Positions 1-12,800 of a stretch of DNA of 64,000 nt are shown piece by piece. Each line of letters opens with the position of its first letter. Positions within the stretch are counted from its first letter, which is position 1. Both the position numbers and the translations under genes were made by a program. Where the stretch lies: the NCBI GenBank assembly GCA_951406725.2, contig OX597814.1:186496001-186560000 (forward strand), written 5' to 3'. Origin of the DNA: Octopus vulgaris (taxonomy: Eukaryota). The notes below the pieces were generated by a model that had not been told where the DNA came from, ran no database searches, and worked only from the letters and a program-made list of their open reading frames with translations.

Positions 1-480
1 TGTCAGCATGTCACTTTATTTCATTTTTTTACCTTTTTGTTTAATTATAATTACTATTATCTGTCTCCAAACGAAGAGAAATCAATGAATAAATTGCAGT
101 TTATTTGCAGTGAATCTGGGATCAACAAAAAGAAATTCTAAAAGAATGTCTATCATATAAAACAGATTGTGGGTGGAGAGGCTAGAGCATTTTTTTCTAA
201 CTTTCCCTCCTTCCCTTCCCCCATAATTTTTTTTTTTTTTGAATTTCATTTCTCAATTTAATTTTTTTTTTCTGTCTATCCTTGAATAAAAACAATGTTT
301 GCTATGATTTTTTTTTTTTAATTTAATAATCTTTGTAATAATTTTTCAAGAATATTAAATCATTATGGATGTGTCTGTTTAACACAGCTTTATCTCACTC
401 TCAAACTGTTGATATCTATGGTTTTACTATTACAGTAAAGCAGAAAAATTAAACTGGTTTTGTTGTCTTTTTTTTTTATT
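1..480 (+). other. Possible 3' UTR/poly(A) region of an upstream plus-strand gene
   Basis: T-rich unique sequence. AATAAA at 88-93 and 285-290, the latter followed by a GT/T-rich tract. No coding evidence in the window. Confidence 0.25.
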
Positions 481-1575
481 TATATATACAAACTTGACTA
501 CGATAGCATGACCTGGTCTTTGTAGTGCCTTTAGCAGAGTTTATTCTGTTGCCAGCAAGCATTTGGATCGGATCTCCCAGTTTTCTTCCAACCCATGTTT
601 TGTTTTCTATCTTTTTTTCATTCTTATGCATATTTATACTGAATACTCACAGCAGCAATTCCATCCAGTTTGGGAGGACCTGAAAAAGGTCATGGACTTC
701 AATACTCCTTTTCCTGGCTAACTTATTGAAGAAACATTTTAATGCTTCATTAATTTTTTAAAAAAACAGAGCACAGCTTTATTTTTAAGGTTTTTGTTGT
801 AATTTTTAAAAACATCAACATATGATTAAGAAAACTTCTGGATTTCCAGTTTAAGCTGGAAGGATAAGTGGTAACAACTGTAAGCATTTCTTTCCATCCT
901 TTGAGAAATGACAATACCAGCTTCAACTTAGTCAAAAATAGAACTTAAGGAAAGGCTGCCTTCAGTTGTTAAAAAAAAAGCTGAAAGCTATCAGTTTTAA
1001 TTAATTAGTTTGGCTGTTCTACTTTTTTGGGAGTGGGGGGATAGGACTTATAAATTTGTAAATGAAACCATTTAGCTCTATAGTGATTTGATATCTTAAC
1101 AACAAATTATTGGAAAAATATACTTGCACTGGTTTCTCTCTAAATTTTCTATTGGCCTTATGTCTAAAGAAGAGATTAATCATTGGAGTCAACTCAGGAC
1201 AAAAGATCATAGATAATAGGTTGGATTGGCGTAACTTATTTAGGAATTCGAAAAGTGTGAAACTTTTTTGAGGTTGAGGCACTATAGGCCCAGAAATAGA
1301 ATTACACAACAATAATTAGAATTAGTTGTGGTTTAGCCCTTAATTCAGTAGATCTGTGATCAAAAGTGTTACTATCTAAAAGCTTGCTGTTTTAGGATAG
1401 TAAAGTTTTCAGGGAAATTTTACTGCTATTTCTCTATCAGATTGAGTGACTGCACAGAGATTCACTCTTCAATTTGTAAAAGTGCACAGCACTGCCATAA
1501 TACAGTTTCTGAAATTTTTCAGTTAAAGGATTTCTTTTAACTCATGGTTTGTATATTCATTCATGATATATCCTG

Positions 1576-2112
1576 GCAGGTTCAAATGCAAATATGCTAA
1601 TCACTGTTGTGTATGTCACAGGAGAACAACTTTTTTATCTATTTATAACAAACTTGGCTCATTGGTGCAAGGATTCTGGGATGCTTGTATTTTAATATGG
1701 TGTGTCTTGTTAGAAGTACTCAGAGTTTTGAGCCTAAACAAACCATTGGCTTTGTTTATGAATTTAGCAAATGAATTGTTTGATGGTCACTGCTGATATC
1801 TACCCCGTAATTTAAAAAAATCCTTATTTGAACTGAGTACAGCAAGATCAGAAATGATGATCTGCATATTTGTTCTTATTTTATTCTAGCAGATTAGAAT
1901 GTAAATATGCTAGCCACTATTGAATACATCACTGAACAATTTCTCTTTTACAATGAACAATATCTTCATTACTCATTGGTGCAAAGGATCCTGGGATACC
2001 CGTGTTTCAATATATTGTATCAGCCAGAAGTAGCCGAACCTTTTGCACTTTAGCCACTGATTTTGTTTGTTATTTCAGCGATTATTTATTATTTGTTGAT
2101 CAGCGTTATCTG
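1576..2112. repeat. Old direct duplication (~230 bp x2; 1576-1803 and 1889-2112)
   Basis: Collinear shared blocks: gcag..aatg(c/t)aaatatgcta..cact, ctcattggtgcaa(a)ggat(t/c)ctgggat, agaagta, tttgttt. Confidence 0.7.
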
Positions 2113-2410
2113 CCAACTAATAAAAAGTTTTTCCACTGTATCAACAACGTAAAAAAAAGATGACCGTCTTTAAGAGTAATAAATATGGTAATGCAAAATC
2201 TGGAATCAAAAGAAACTGCTATTGGACTGCAGAACAACTGTTCTTCCATTGCAAAGATCATGGAAGAGTATGATTCTTTCAGCTCCTCCGACAGAGAAGG
2301 GGGGGGGTATCAATTTAAAGGGAGATAAGTGAATGAATGAGTTGTGTCCCTTGACAAGGTACACTACTCTTGTTCGGTTTCATTGTTATTTATATCTGAA
2401 ATTAGATCTT

Positions 2411-2593
2411 ATTCTTTTACTTGTTTCAGTCTCTAGATTGCGGCCGCACTGGGACACCGCCTTGAAGAATTTTAGTCGAATCGACCCCAGTACATTAAAA
2501 AAAATTTTTTAAGCTTGGTACTTATTCTATTGGCCTCTTTACAAAACCTCTAAGTTACGAGGACGTAAACACAACAACGCCAGTAGTGGTGGG

Positions 2594-2636
<43 letters not shown>

Positions 2637-2791
2637 CGAAGGGCTTCTTTCGGTTTCCGTCTACCAAATCCACTCACAAGGCTTTGGTCGGCCCGTGGCT
2701 ATAGTAGAAGACACTCGTCGAAAGTACCATGCAGTGAGACTGAACCGAGAATTATTGGTTAGGTAGCTAGCTTCTTACCACATAGCCACTC
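2411..2791 (-). mobile_element. tRNA-derived SINE, family A
   Basis: Reverse complement of the 4066-4518 copy, with internal (CA)n(TA)n and a GTAAAAGA tail. Confidence 0.85.
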
Positions 2792-2872
2792 ACATTTCAA
2801 AATTCAGAGATTTATGGTATTGGTAAACAACTAAAACCATTGATCCAATCCAAATGTGAAAAATGGTAGTCT

Positions 2873-4065
2873 ATATATTGTCATGCTTTTTATCATTTCT
2901 CTGATGACAAGTTCAATTGCCCTTTACACTCTTTTTATTCTACTCACATACCACATTTGTCAATAAGAACCATCACAATACTCTTCAATTAATGTCTGGT
3001 AATTTTGTCATCTTTAATTATTTGTACACGTGTACAAATTGTCAAAAGTCATCCTATGAGCATAAAGGTTTGTAAAAGAAAAATTAGATTTACGTTTTCA
3101 GAGCATCTTGGCCACTGATCAGAATGGTTACTGAACAAAACATTTCGTTTCAGTTACATTGATTTGTATTAAAAGTTATTCAAACGAACTGCAGCTTCGG
3201 AAAGAATAAAAATGGGTAGAATATTTAATACTCTTTTACTTGTTTCAGTCATTTGAGTGTGGCCATGCTGGAGCACTACCTTTAGTCGAGCAAATCAACC
3301 CCAGGACTTATTCTTTGTAAGCCTAGTACTTATTCTATCGGTCCCTTTTGCTGAACCACTAAGTTACGGGGACGTAAACACACCACCATCGGTTGTTAAG
3401 TGATGTTTGGGGGGGGGGGGGAGCAGACACAGACACACAAACATATACACACATACGTATATATACATATATACGACAGGCTTCTTTCAGTTTCCATCTA
3501 CCAAATCCATTCACAAGGCTTTGGTCGGCCTGAAGCTATTGTAGAAGACACCTGTCCAAGGTGCCACACAGTGGGACTGAACCCAGAACCATGTGATTAG
3601 TAAGCAAGCTACTTACCACACAGCCACTCCTACACCTATAATATAAAATTTTGATGGTGGGATAGTAGAAGTACTTTCATGTGTGTTTGTGCACTCCGGG
3701 AAAAGGACTGATTTTGTTTAAAGGCATAAAACTATTAGCTCTGAACTGTCATAGTATAAGTATAACAACTTAATGGATGCAGCGAGTCCAAATTTATATT
3801 TTGGAATTGTTTACTGTAGATTTTGATTTGATTCTGGTGTAATTTAAGTAATGCTCCTAGCACATGTTGAAAGTAAGGTTGTGGTTCAACTCTTGTAGAA
3901 AATAAAGCTTAATCAAGTAATTAAAGATGCCAAAATTACCAGACATTAATTGAAGAGTATTGTGATGGTTCTTATTGACAGATGTAGTATGTGAGTAGAG
4001 TAAAAAGAGTGTGAAGGGCAATTAAACTTGTCATAAGAGAAATGATAAAAAGCATGACAATATAT
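2873..4065. mobile_element. Non-autonomous TIR element/fold-back with ~152-bp inverted repeats (2873-3024 and 3914-4065)
   Basis: atatattgtcatgctttttatcatttctc... is mirrored by ...gagaaatgataaaaagcatgacaatatat. TA-rich ends. A SINE is nested inside. Confidence 0.75.
3229..3638 (-). mobile_element. SINE family A, full length
   Basis: Pol III A/B-box-like head (TGGCTGTGTGG...GGTTCAGTCCC), CORE-like ACCTTGG(G/A)CA(A/G)GTG, internal microsatellite, GTAAAAGA tail. Confidence 0.9.
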
Positions 4066-4227
4066 GCGCAGGAGTGGCTGTGTGGTAAGTAGCTTGCTAA
4101 CCAACCACATGGTTCCGGGTTCAGTTCCACTGCGTGGCATCTTGGGCAAGTGTCTTCTGCTATAGCCCCAGGCCGACCAATGCCTTGTGAGTGGATTTTG
4201 GTAGACGGAAACTGAAAGAAGCCTGTC

Positions 4228-4288
<61 letters not shown>

Positions 4289-4518
4289 GTGTGTGTATGT
4301 GTCTGTGTGTCTGTGTTTGTCCCCCTAGCATTGCTTGACAACCGATGCTGGTGTGTTTACGTCCCCGTCACTTAGCGGTTCAGCAAAAGGGACCGATAGA
4401 ATAAGTACTGGGCTTACAAAGAATAAGTCCCGTGGTCGATTTGCTCGACTAAAGGCGGTGCTCCAGCATGGCCGCAGTCAAATGACTCAAACAAGTAAGA
4501 GAGTAAGAGAGAGAGAGA
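4066..4518 (+). mobile_element. SINE family A, full length
   Basis: gcgcaggagtggctgtgtggtaag head, B-box-like ggttcagttcc, long (AT)n, tail aacaagtaagagagtaagag. Confidence 0.9.
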
Positions 4519-5031
4519 CTATCATTTTCACACTTGTATCTCATTAAGGATGATTTCTTATATTTGCATAATTTCATACATTTATAAAGATTACCACCCC
4601 ATGCCAGCATGAATAGTATATGTTAAATGATGAAGATGATGGTGTAATCAGTTGAGTTTAACCAATACAATACTGGTATTTCCTTCATCCTGTATTTAAT
4701 AGTAAAGTCAACTACAGCAGGATTTGGACTCAACTATGTAATGAAGCAGAACTAACAGTTTGACATAATCTGGAACTCTACCATTCTACTACTTTTTTTG
4801 TATCTAATTAGTAATACTACATTGAATTGCCTTGTTTAACAGAAAATAGATACAAAAGCAGCTAAATGCTGTGACATCAAACTAGCATGAAATAAATGCA
4901 GTTTTGTGGTTTACATTACCATTATCACAACCACTTACATAATAAACAAATGATGGGGAATTATTAACCTTTTAGCAGACACTGGAGTTTACTGAGTGAA
5001 ATTTTAGGTAACACTGTAAATACTGATATAT

Positions 5032-5343
5032 TACCGTGATCGCTGTGACCGACCAGGTTATCAGATGTTGCTACACATTACTGGTCACAATGCGCTTCGC
5101 ATTGTTTTAACATTCAAATGATGCCACCCCGGTGGCTAAGTGAGCAGGCCAACAGAAGAAAGAGTGAGAGAAAGTTGTGACAAAAGAGTACAGCAGGGAT
5201 CGCCACCATCCCCTGCCGGAGCCATGTGGACCTTTAGGTGTTTTCGCTCAATAAACACTCACAACGCCCGGTCTGGGAATCGAAACCGTGATCCTATAAC
5301 TGCGAGTCCACTGCCCTAACCACTGGGCCATTGTGCCTCCACG
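5032..5343 (-). mobile_element. tRNA-derived SINE, family D, with 13-bp TSD
   Basis: A box TGGCCCAGTGG and B box GGTTTCGATTCC on the minus strand. TSD aatactgatatat at 5019-5031 and 5344-5356. Confidence 0.88.
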
Positions 5344-5616
5344 AATACTGATATATAAAGATCACAAAAATAAGTTTTGGATTCAGATAAGTAATTGTAA
5401 AACATGAGTAGCATTTGATCAAGAATTTTCATGTCATAGTTTGTCAAAATCAATGATCTTGGACTTCTCCAGGTATGAATTCTGTGTGAAACTATTTCTG
5501 CATTATAACTGAGATAATCAGTGGCATAGTACAATAGTTTCTATTCTTCATGATCTCTATTACTAGATCTCATTGAATCAGATTATTATTTTTAATGCTT
5601 CTTCTAATGACAAACA

Positions 5617-5879
5617 GGAGGCGCATGGCTTAGTGGTTAGGGTGTCAGCACCATGATCGTAAGATTGTGGTTTCGATTCCTGGACCAGGCAACGCATTGT
5701 GTTCTTGAGCAAAACACTTCATTTCACATTGCTCCAGTCCACTCAGCTGGCAAAAATGAGTAACGCTGCGATGAACTGGCATCCCATCCAGCTGAAGAAC
5801 ACATACGCCATTGAAACCAGCAAACCGGGCCCATGAGCCTGGCTAGGTTTTAAAAGGGTGCATTTATTTTTATTTTTTA
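5617..5879 (+). mobile_element. tRNA-derived SINE, family E, with 12-bp TSD
   Basis: A box tggcttagtgg, B box ggtttcgattcc. TSD taatgacaaaca at 5605-5616 and 5880-5891. Confidence 0.88.
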
Positions 5880-6910
5880 TAATGACAAACACCTGGGCAA
5901 TTTGTTCAGATCACTTCCCATCTCTTAATTCAATCTTAAGATTATCCAATTAACCCATTTCAATTGTTTTCTAACAGTTTATCAATACAATTTGCAACAT
6001 CAAAGCTCCTCTCTATTCTTCTAGTCTAAGTATCTTCAATTTATCTGTTCCAAACTTAAGTCTTCCATAAATTCATGCTTCAGATTTAATGGTATAATTA
6101 AAATGAAGTAAGAAGCATAACAAAAAGGAAGTTGAATATCAGGTTTACTTTGGTGAGAAATGAATAGAAATGGTAAAGTTTTATACTTTGGAGATGAAAG
6201 TCAGAAATTTTACATTTGTGAAACAAGATGTTCTTGCTATGGGTCCTTTTGCTCTTGGTGTTAAATAAAATACAGCTACATAAAAGTATCATTCAGAGAC
6301 ATTTCTGAATAAAATATATGAATGATACAGAAAGCCCTAATGCCCACTAAATCAGAGGAAACAGGAATTATAATCAGCAACTAAGAACATGAAGATAAAT
6401 GTATTTGATAAAGGAGAAACAACTATTTTTGTTTTTGTTGACCAAATGTCAGTGTGTAGTTTTTGATATGATCATATTCTCTGCTGTCTGATTCTAGAAT
6501 TGTTCAGGTCATGTCTGAATGTAGAGTTGGTACTAAGCTCAGATATGAATTTGGTGTACAATTTGCTTGTCTTTGAAGACACCATCCCTGTCTTTTTACG
6601 ATTTAGTCATGGGGAATATACAGGACTTCAAAATTGGATGTACACATTGATTTTTATGTATGCCAATGACACAAGTTTTCAAAACAATGAATTTCCCAAT
6701 TTGTGGCCAATCAGGTAAGTCCAATAATATCACTGAAATTATTGATTACTGCCTCAAATCAAATCAAAGCTGTTCTAGCCATGGCATTACCAGTTTTAAT
6801 TTTATTTGTTTCTAAGGTTACATTATCCAGTGTTCCTTCCATTTTTAAGATGTTAAGTGCAATTTAAAGGAGATTTGGTTGCTATTTCTAGCTATTTCAT
6901 ATCAGAGAAA

Positions 6911-7133
6911 ATCATCATCATCATCATTATCGTTTAATGTTCGCTTTCCATGCTAGCATGGGTTGGATGGTTTGACTGAGGGCTGGCGAACCAGATGGCT
7001 GCACCAGGCTCCAGTCTTGATCTGGTAGAGTTTCTACAGCTGGATGCCCTTCCTAACGCCAACCACTCCAAGAGTGTAGTGGGTGCTTTTACGTGCCACC
7101 GGCACGGAGGCCAGTCAGGTGGTACTGGCCACG
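6911..7133 (-). mobile_element. 5'-truncated RTE-type LINE 3' UTR (family B)
   Basis: (GAT)n tail and shared core GTGGTTGGCGTTAGGAAGGGCATCCAGCTGTAGAAAC. Confidence 0.85.
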
Positions 7134-8195
7134 ACAACATTTGTATTTATTGTAAACAACGATAGAAAAATGTTGCCAGGGGATCTTTAGTAAACTAACA
7201 GGGAACCTGAAATTGCACTTTTGCAAGTACATCAGAATAATCATAAATTGCTATGGATTGTACAGATGGTTCCATGCTAACATTCATTAAATTGTGCTAC
7301 CAATATGTCAGCACTGGTCATGGAGTTGGGGACAGCAGAATGGTTTTGGTTTCAAGAGGATGGCAAATATTTAAAACAATGAGGTTTTCTCTTCTTGCAA
7401 AAAAACAGACAATACAAGCAACATGTAGAGAGTATGATACAATATGGTAGCGATACTTGAGTAATTGACAGATATTACAATGAAACAATTGTGATCTGTT
7501 GGATATGCAATGTAAGTGTGATAGACAAATTTAGTGCATATAACTTAAGAGATACAGCATTGTTAGTATAACAATACTCTGAATTAGTGCAGGAAATACT
7601 AGTAATTTTATTATACAATCAAAACAACAAGGACACACATATACTTCATTTTACTACTACGAGACAATTCTAAACCACTTTACTCAACACCATCACAATT
7701 TCAACCAGAATAAAACTGCACTAAAATGATCTAATTTCAAGAAAAAGTAGCAATAAACACAGACAACTACCAAAATACAGAGCAATTATTTGACTTTATC
7801 TTCATATAATACATTTGATTTTATTTTCATATATATAAGAAAGAAGCCATGTAAAAGAGATTAAAATTTTTGTACCATTGTTTATTATCATATTATTGAA
7901 AGTTGTAAAAATTAGTTTATATAGAGATTATAACTAGACTGTGTAATTTTTTTTCTCAAAATGTTGTTTTGATACAATATCAAAGTTTTATAATTTTAAA
8001 TGCCAATTTCTTTGCACTGAAGACAAGAATAGTTATTAGAAAGAATATAGTCACTAAAATTAGTCATGATATATCACCAACCGCAAAAGAGATAAAAGTA
8101 TTTCAGATGAATATAAAATATCAAAATAGGGCAGGGTTTGAATTTGATGAAATCCAGTAACTAAACGCTATAAAGTTTTTAAATAACCATTAAGT

Positions 8196-8358
8196 AGGCG
8201 TGGGAGAGACAGTGTAGTAAGTAGCTTGCTTATGAACCACATGGTTCCGGGTTCAGTCCCACTGTGTGGCACCTTGGGCAAGTGTCTTCTACTATAGCCT
8301 CGGGCTGCCAAAAACCTTGTGAGTGGATTTGGCAGATGGAAACTGAAAGAAGCCTGTC

Positions 8359-8406
<48 letters not shown>

Positions 8407-8604
8407 TTGTCCCCTAAACATCGCTTGACAACCGATGCTGGTGTGTTTATGTCCCCGTAACTTAGTGGTTCGGCAGAAGTGACTGACAGAATAAGTACTA
8501 GGCTTATAAAGAATAAGTCCTGGGGTAGATTTGCTCGACTAAAGGTGGTGCTCCAGCATGGCCACAGTCACATGACTGAAACAAGTAAAAGAGTAAAGAG
8601 AGAG
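8196..8604 (+). mobile_element. SINE family A, full length
   Basis: Collinear with 4066-4518. Confidence 0.9.
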
Positions 8605-8727
8605 TTTGTCTCCAAGAATGACAGTATTGAGTTTTAATCAATATACCTAATTCCAATAAAGATACTGGTGTGAACCAATAACCTACAGTAGGGTGGCTGA
8701 CTAACAGCATTAGTAGTTTATATCCCA

Positions 8728-9028
8728 CTAGCAGTATCGTCCGGCGTTGCTCGGGTTTGTAAGGGAAATAACTATATAAGCATTTTTAGAGAGTTATAGC
8801 AAAAAAATAGCAAAAAAAATGCATTAAAAATGGGAAAAAAATTATGGTAAATTTTTTTTAAAATCGTAGACTCATCGTAGACGTGCGCTAATACCCAGAA
8901 GGGCTCGATATGAATCATGACTATAAGATACCCAAATTTGGTTAAACTGCACCGCAAAATGTGGGAGTAGTTAGGAATCTAAATCGTAGGAGACAGACAC
9001 ACAACTTGACTTTTATATATAAAGAAGA
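8728..9028 (-). mobile_element. Non-autonomous Helitron (family H1)
   Basis: Minus-strand 5' TC(T)TCTTTATATATAAAAG, 3' hairpin CCCGAGCAACGCCGG and CTAG|T. Inverted copy of 10560-10957. Confidence 0.85.
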
Positions 9029-9904
9029 TTACTAGAACTGAACTGTCCTTGGTAAAGATACTTAACTCTTTAATGCCCATCCATTGGTAAAATATATCTC
9101 CCTGATGCATGCAGTAGAACAGCTCTATATACAAGTATGATACAATGTAGCAGTGCTGAGTCCCAGTCTTTTAAAGAGCTTCATGTAAACCTTAACTCTA
9201 ATCTTTTCTTACACTAATATAAAACTGTTTCTCAAACATATCAATGGCATTCATATTTAGTTTAATTTTTACTGATTTAAATTATGCGATAAAACTTTCT
9301 ACAAGTTACAGGATAATTCTGGTGAGTTTCTATTAAGTACTACTTTCAGTAACAAAGACCTCTCCACTATAGTGTCTCAACAATAATTATTCCATGATTA
9401 TAATCATATATGAACGGAAAAGATAAAAAAAAACCTTCACAGACATTGAGCATAAAAATCAATAAATATACAGCACAAAAAAAATTGCCAGAGTTATCTC
9501 CCATGATTGGCAAAAAACTCCTAGCCAAGAACCAGCAAAATTTGATGTTATGTAACGTATTTGAAACTCTTGTTTAGTGGCAGTCTCCCTCAAACAAATA
9601 CCAGATTCTCCACGAGGTTCTGTTATAAACTCGATATTCTAGAAATAGTTGCCAAATTTCCCTTGAATTGCAATTATCTTGAAAAGAATGCATTTGATTG
9701 TGTCCTAAATACAGTCTGGGGAAAAATGGAGGTAATTTAAATTATACTTAATATTACTTAGACTATACTTAATAACAGAGTATTCTTATTTAGGGAATAC
9801 TCAGTATCTAAACAGCAAAAAACAACAAAAGCTATGCATTCATTTTCTATTCTCTTTCTTTTACTTTTTCACATCATTCAATCGATAAGAAAATATCTAG
9901 TGAA

Positions 9905-10062
9905 TATCTCACGGAGTGGTTGGCATTAGGAAGGGCATCCAGCTGTAGAAACACTGCCAGATCAGACTGGAGCCTGGTGCAGCCTCCTGGCTTCCCAGAC
10001 CCTGGTCGAACCGTCCAACCCGTGCTAGCACGGAAAACGGACGTTAAACGATGATGATGATG
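9905..10062 (+). mobile_element. 5'-truncated family B retrocopy with 15-bp TSD
   Basis: TSD aaaatatctagtgaa at 9890-9904 and 10063-10077, (GAT)n tail. Confidence 0.9.
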
Positions 10063-10559
10063 AAAATATCTAGTGAAAGATGATTATTACCAGCTAAAAG
10101 TAAATTCAGATTTAATCTGACATAACGTCTAATTTTTTGAATAGGAAGAGATGAAATACCTGAATATATTACAGGGACTGATATAAACTATCCCCATAGA
10201 GTCTGAACCTAGAATACTGGTGTGCTCTAAAGTATCCAACTTAGCACTGTATTGTATCAGTAATCTTTTCTCTCAGTCATTTTTACAACCATTTTTGTAC
10301 ACTTGTATGACGTGGATGAACACAGATGCTTACAGTACATGTGTTTGTGAAGTAGTCACAAATCTAAATACTAAACTAGTTTGGCATGGCCTCTCTACAG
10401 TGTGATTTTTCGATAGGACATGACAATATTACATATTTATCCAATCAGCTATGACTCCTCCCACATTTGGGAGCCTTGTGTGTTTATTTAAGAAACCAAT
10501 AATTATATATCATCATCATCATCAGCTTGCATCTATGGAAAATAAGAGTGATGAAGATA

Positions 10560-10957
10560 TCTTTATATATAAAAGTGAGGTTGTGTGCTGTCTGTCTCCT
10601 ACGATTTAGATTCCTAACTACTCCAACATTTTGCGGTGCAGTTTAACCAAAACCGGGTATCTTATAGTCGTGATTCATATCGAGCCCTTCTGGGTATTAG
10701 CGCGCATCTACAATGAGTCTACGATTTTAAAAAAAATTTACCATCAATTTTTCCCATTTTTAATGCATTTTTGGCATATATAAGGGAAGTAACTCTCTAA
10801 AAATTTATTATTAAATCTCAGAACGTAAAAAGCTACAGTAATACTCCACCCCTTTGTGGTTAGCGATATTGAGATGGCTGTTATACTTTACATCTCTAAA
10901 AATGCTTATATAGTTATTTCCCTTACAAACCTGAGCAACGCCGGGCGATACTGCTAG
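10560..10957 (+). mobile_element. Non-autonomous Helitron (family H1)
   Basis: a|TCTTTATATATAAAAG ... cctgagcaacgccggg hairpin ... CTAG|t, no TSD. Confidence 0.88.
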
Positions 10958-12588
10958 TCTAATATATAAAACAGAGATGTATGTGTATTAATTTTTTACA
11001 CAAAAATGGCTTCACCAATTGCTTCCATACTTCTGATGCATGAATAATTCCACCTCGGACAAATTATAGGCCGTTCATTTGATATTTTCAGAAATTCCCC
11101 ACCCCTACACCTACTAAAACACTTACTCCACAAAATTTTGCGTATTCGGAATCTACACGATATAACATATACGTAGAAAATTTCATTAAAAAATATCCAT
11201 TTTTCTAAAAGTTATGATCATCCAAAGTCGGTGGGGTGGTGCAGAAAGCTGTACTTATGCAAATTTGTCTACAATATCAAGGTCAGACAAAAGAATGTCC
11301 CTGTATAGGGAAAGAGCGATAGCTGCAGAAAGGGAGGCATGCCAACAAACAAACAGACTGTGCACTACAAAAGTTAGAGCATCTTAAAGTGATGAACAGA
11401 GGTATGCATGACTGACAAGGAATAGGATTCTCCACTGCAGAACAAAGAGCAGTTGCAACAGCTCAGAGAAGCAACTTCTATGAAGCAGCTTTCAATTATG
11501 ATCCAGCAGTTCATTATGCTGATGACACCAGAGTTTCCATTGGTGCAATGACAACTGAGTGCATACGTTGTAAAGCAAGGAAGTTGCCTGGAGAGACACC
11601 TGCATTGTGCTACAGTAGTGGAAAGGTTAAACTCCTTGCAACTCACCAACCTCCAGAGCCATTGAAGAAACTGTTGTCATCAACTGACCAAGATTCCAAG
11701 CACTTCCAAAACAAAATTAGATAGTACAATGCTGCACTACATCATTTGGGGCCACAAGAGATATAACTGAACCAGGATTTATGCAAACTTTCAGGGTCAA
11801 AGGTCAGATTTATCATCATATTGGCTCTCTACTACCTCTGTCAAATGAATCACCAAAATTCCTTCAAATATATTTTATGGGTGATTCCCAACAAGAAGGG
11901 CAAGCGAGGTGCAAGAACATTTCCGGCATCAGGATGAACATTGTAGTGTCTCTGCAAAATATGCTGCATATCAGCAACAACCTGATCAGAAGCTTCAAGA
12001 CTGCACTAAAGGTGGTGGGACTTAACCTCCTTCAACCTTGCTTCCCACATGGTCAGCTGTATATTGGATGTTCTACATTTGGAAATGAAAAGAACCTCTA
12101 CATTCTCAGTGATAAACATGGCAAGACAGGAAACACAGTATGCGAAGAAGCACTTACATGAATAGTAGGTCCATGTCATATACAGAAGTGTAAAACCATT
12201 GAGCGTTACAAGTATTACTATTACACTTTCACTTTTTCACTGACATGCCTGAATGTATATCTGTGCATATAAAAGTGCAAAAGTAACATGATATATTCAC
12301 AGTTTGTTTGTGTGTGTGTGTGTGTGTGTTCTCTATGCATGATCTTTCGTTATAATCTGTACCTGTTTTTTTTGGTTACGAAATAAGTTAGGCAAACATG
12401 TATTTACTTTATATGCATATATGAGTTGAAAACTTTCCTTTCACATTTCACTTAACATCTATGTTCCATGCTGGCATGGGTTGCAGAGTTACGTAAAAAG
12501 TTGGTATCTCAGCTACTAGCAGTTGAAACCTGTGTAATCTACACAACATTTTCAAATTTCATTATTTTCTTTAACCTGGTATTTCTGC

Positions 12589-12591
<3 letters not shown>
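10958..12591 (+). mobile_element. Internally deleted Helitron with RepHel pseudogene (3' end uncertain)
   Basis: Starts TCTAATATATAAAA. Region 11480-12161 encodes CxxCKA..PGE..CYSSGKV and TFRVKGQIYHHIGSLLP..PKFLQIYF (Helitron N-terminal region), fused to CFPHGQLYIGCS..LYIL..GKT (Pif1 helicase C-terminus). Has stops/frameshifts. Candidate CTAG|t at 12588-12591. Confidence 0.8.
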
Positions 12592-12656
<65 letters not shown>

Positions 12657-12697
12657 ACATGTCTGTATACATATGTGTGTGCGCATATATATATTTG

Positions 12698-12800
12698 CAC
12701 AGGAATGGCTCTCCAGCAAAGAAGCTTGCTACCCAGTCACATGGTTCCAGATTCAGACCCACTTTGTGGCACCTTGGGCAAGTGTCTTCTACTATGCCCT
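12698..12800 (+). mobile_element. SINE family A, 5' fragment
   Basis: cacatggttccagattcagacccactttgtggcaccttgggcaagtgtcttctactat. Confidence 0.75.

Noticed and set aside
480-1320. ORFs 750..935 and 1019..1312
   Set aside because: No recognisable motif or splice context; possibly an eroded LINE, but not supportable.
3400-4547. Recurrent short ORFs (IYIYIY..., EDTCPRCH...; also 8230, 12571, 27312)
   Set aside because: Chance translations of SINE A and its microsatellite. The CPRCH motif is not a CXXC domain.
5270-5700. tRNA-like sequences
   Set aside because: They are SINE heads continuous with SINE bodies and TSDs; no complete cloverleaf.
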